DNA of 64,000 bases from a virus (lineage: Duplodnaviria; Caudoviricetes), in the IMG/VR virus record IMGVR_UViG_3300033074_002135, positions 6,445 to 70,444 of that record. One strand, 5' to 3'. The notes under the pieces are model-generated. The model did not search any database. It had not been told where the DNA came from and saw only the letters and a list, made by a program, of their open reading frames with translations. Shown piece by piece: positions 61,619 to 64,000 of this stretch (positions are counted from its first letter, which is position 1; every line of letters begins with the position of its first letter). The position numbers and the translations under genes were made by a program.

Positions 61619-62376
61619 CACGGCACCCCCAGGATCTTGTGCGTCTGCAGCGAGAGCCGCCACGCCGGGTTGCGCATGACCCACGCAGCGGCTTGCGACT
61701 GCGTCTGAGCGTGGATCAGGCTGCGCCCGATATCGCTCGGGAAGACCGACGCCTTCGGCTGCACGAAGAGCCTGACGTCGCCGAAGTGGTTGCCCGAGTC
61801 CATGTCCGCGCGGTCGGCGTAGAGCTTGCGGAAGTGGTGCCAGTAGATGTCGGGGTCGTAGTCGGGGAAGACGACCTTGAGCTCGGTGAGGTACTGAAGC
61901 TGCAGCTTCTCCGGTCGCACCTTCGGGGAGCACGTGATCTGCAGCTCGCGCCGCCTGAGCGCGCGCAAGAGGATCTCGCTCTCGGGAAGAGGGCGAGTGC
62001 CGTTGGTCTCGATCGAGATCGACTCCGCGGCGGTCCCCTGCTTGAGCGCGAGGTAGAGCTCTTCGCTGAACTGCAGCAGCGGCTCGCCGCCTGTGAGGAC
62101 GATCAAGGGCAGGCGCCTGCCGCCGGTCTGACCGTGAAAGTGGTGATTGACGGTCGACACGAGGTCCTCGAGCGTGAGGTGCTCGCGAGCCTGGAAGTCG
62201 GTGTCGCACCACAACGGGCAGTCCGCCCCGTTGCGCGCGGCGTCATCGGCGCGCGTCTCGGGCGTGTTGCGCCAGAGGTTGCAGCCCGCGAACCGAATGA
62301 ACATCGCTGGTGTGCCGGCGTTCGAGCCCTCGCCCTGGAGGGTGTAGAACACCTCACTGATCGCGTACTTCTTCAC
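61618..62376 (-). CDS. queE: 7-carboxy-7-deazaguanine synthase (radical SAM)
   Basis: EVFYTLQGEG..GTPAMFIRFAGCN, CDT, LTGGEP, IETNG, TCSPK, FVQP, WRLSLQTHK. Confidence 0.95.
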   Translation of the reverse strand: MKKYAISEVFYTLQGEGSNAGTPAMFIRFAGCNLWRNTPETRADDAARNGADCPLWCDTDFQAREHLTLEDLVSTVNHHFHGQTGGRRLPLIVLTGGEPLLQFSEELYLALKQGTAAESISIETNGTRPLPESEILLRALRRRELQITCSPKVRPEKLQLQYLTELKVVFPDYDPDIYWHHFRKLYADRADMDSGNHFGDVRLFVQPKASVFPSDIGRSLIHAQTQSQAAAWVMRNPAWRLSLQTHKILGVP

Positions 62377-62420
62377 GTTGCCCTCTCTTCCTTCCTTGGC
62401 TTCCGCGCCGCGGGTGTTCT

Positions 62421-63134
62421 TCAGGCGAGCTTCTCGGGCGCCATCCGCTCGAGGTAGTCCTTGCAGATCGCGATGAGCGCGTCGCTGTCCGTCGGCGCGC
62501 CCAGCCGCCGCGCGATGCTGATCGCGCTCTGGATGATCCCCATGCCCGAAGAGCGCGTCGTGATCTTCAGCTTCACTTCGGGGCCCTGCTGCTCGACGTC
62601 GACGCCGGTCGCGTCGGGGGTCGCCTGCGCCTCGGGGGGCATCTCGAGCGTCGTGAGGTCGAAGTCGGCGATGTCGAGGAAGCGCTTGAGCTCTTGGTCG
62701 GAGTACGGCAGCACCGCGAGCAGGTCGACGTCCTCGTCGCGCAGGCTCTTGATCAGGTCCGCCATCAGCGTCGTGTCGGGCTCGCCGCGCGTCTCGTTGA
62801 GCACGACGGTGAGCCGCTTGGCGTGCGCATCGGGAATCTCTCCGAGATTGATCACCGTGATGTTGGAGTAGCCCTCCGCGATGGCGGCGCGAAAGCGATG
62901 CTCGCCGTCGACGATCTCGAAGCCCGGAACACCCGGCACCACGCGCACAGTCACCGGGTCGACGAAGCCGAACTCTTTGATCGAGGCGCGCTCACGCTCG
63001 AAGATGAACTCCGACTGCTTGTTGGGGTTCCACGGGTTCGGCCGCAGCTCCGTCACCGAGACAGTCATCGTTTCGATCGCGGTCGCCGGGGCAGTCGTCG
63101 AGGGCTTCGTGGCTTCGGTCTTCTTCTTCGTCAT
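62421..63134 (-). CDS. ParB/Sulfiredoxin N-terminal domain protein
   Basis: LRPNPWNPN, SIKEFGFVDPVTV, IVDGEHR, VLNETRG. Confidence 0.9.
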   Translation of the reverse strand: MTKKKTEATKPSTTAPATAIETMTVSVTELRPNPWNPNKQSEFIFERERASIKEFGFVDPVTVRVVPGVPGFEIVDGEHRFRAAIAEGYSNITVINLGEIPDAHAKRLTVVLNETRGEPDTTLMADLIKSLRDEDVDLLAVLPYSDQELKRFLDIADFDLTTLEMPPEAQATPDATGVDVEQQGPEVKLKITTRSSGMGIIQSAISIARRLGAPTDSDALIAICKDYLERMAPEKLA

Positions 63135-64000
63135 AGCGTGTACTCCTTCACGGGGTGTGGCGTGATCTTCTTGTCGAGCCACTGCTGGTAGTCCGCGAAC
63201 GCCACGGCGGTCGCGAGCATCTGCAGGTCGTTGGTTCGTCGAGTCGCTGACGGCTCGATCTTGAGGCGGTAGCGCGACTGCACGATTGCGCACCAGTCGT
63301 CGAAGCGCTTGGCGCGCTCCTGCGCCGCCGGGGACAGGGCGCGGTTGCGGGTGCTGCCGCGGATGGCTTCGCAGCGCTCGAGCTTGCCCGGAGTGTGGTG
63401 CATGAAGCCGACGCCATACATGCTCGTCGCGATCCACGATGTCGAGTCGCAAGACCACGCGAGCGACGTCTCCATGAGACGCGGGATCGTGCAGCCGAGC
63501 AGATGGATCCGCGGGTAGTTGTTCGGGCCGACGTTGCGACGCACGTGCTCGAGGAGCCTGAAGACGCTCTCGGTCTTCCCCGACTTCGCGGTCCCACCGC
63601 CGAGGATGCGTAGCTCGGGCACGGAGAGCGCGATGTAGCTCTTGCTCTTCGCGAGCTCGATGAGACCGTCGATGCCTTCGGGCGCGTGCCACGTGTAGAT
63701 CACGCGGTCGCCGAGAGGCTTGAACTCCTCGCGAAGCCGGTGCGTCGCGTCCATGCCCAGCAGCTTGTGGGTGTCGCACTCGACCAGCATCCCGCGGTAG
63801 CCGTAGCGATCGAGGATCTCGAGGTAGCTTCGGGTGTAGTCGCGGTATGCCTCGAAGGTGGGCTCGATCTGCCCTTTCTTCGTCCCGAACATGAACGAGT
63901 AGAGACCTGAGTCGATGATCATTGACTCCGGGTCGCGCGAGGCGAGCGTCGCCCCGAGCTTCGGGTTCACCTCGAGGATGCTGTTCAGGCGCCACGGATG
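63131..64000 (-). CDS. TGT-like/DpdA-like base transglycosylase (5' end beyond the window)
   Basis: IIDSG..SF, ECD, YTWH, YIALS, IHLLG, SCDSTSW; frame is open to position 64000; adjacent to ParB-like gene and queE. Confidence 0.75.
   Translation of the reverse strand, partial: HPWRLNSILEVNPKLGATLASRDPESMIIDSGLYSFMFGTKKGQIEPTFEAYRDYTRSYLEILDRYGYRGMLVECDTHKLLGMDATHRLREEFKPLGDRVIYTWHAPEGIDGLIELAKSKSYIALSVPELRILGGGTAKSGKTESVFRLLEHVRRNVGPNNYPRIHLLGCTIPRLMETSLAWSCDSTSWIATSMYGVGFMHHTPGKLERCEAIRGSTRNRALSPAAQERAKRFDDWCAIVQSRYRLKIEPSATRRTNDLQMLATAVAFADYQQWLDKKITPHPVKEYTL

Larger units (their letters stand above)
1..64000. mobile_element. Segment of a contractile-tailed (myovirus-like) phage/prophage genome
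   Basis: Terminase, portal, scaffold, capsid, sheath, tube, tape measure, baseplate and lysis genes in colinear order; dense ATGA/GTGA-coupled small ORFs; no host housekeeping genes. Confidence 0.97.

Noticed and set aside
1-64000. tRNA, rRNA, integrase or att site
   Set aside because: No cloverleaf/T-loop signature, rRNA-like tract or recombinase motif recognised by eye; tRNAscan and the flanking sequence would be needed to exclude them fully

Overview
This is a 64-kb segment of a high-GC (roughly 70% by eye) tailed phage or prophage with a contractile tail. No integrase, replicative polymerase, helicase, rRNA, tRNA or CRISPR array was recognised. There are two convergent arms that meet at a 13-bp hairpin at 14746-14776. 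The + strand arm (1-14.7 kb) holds early or accessory genes: a MoxR-like AAA+ ATPase, an XRE-HTH protein, an HEXXH-VWA protein, a stand-alone 63-aa fragment of family-A DNA polymerase, a Cas4-like nuclease, an Hjc-like resolvase, an NAD-dependent ligase, a lipoprotein zincin and a secreted SleB-like hydrolase. The - strand arm (64-14.8 kb) starts with a 7-deazaguanine DNA-modification cluster (TGT/DpdA-like, ParB-like, queE; queD is displaced into the lysis genes). It continues through small genes, an RHH regulator with a palindromic operator, terS/terL/portal, a head-region cluster, gpF-like, scaffold, major capsid, neck, sheath, tube, tape measure, baseplate, fibres and lysis genes. The most striking observation is that five otherwise unrelated proteins between portal and gpF, including an HNH nuclease, end in the same ~20-aa basic motif GKKGG(K/Y)(Y/F)(I/V)xxxSG(K/R)KRY(I/L). 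From memory this resembles the chlorovirus PBCV basic adaptor domain, and it may be a virion/DNA-targeting tag for internal head proteins. All family assignments come from motif reading by eye; no database searches were run.
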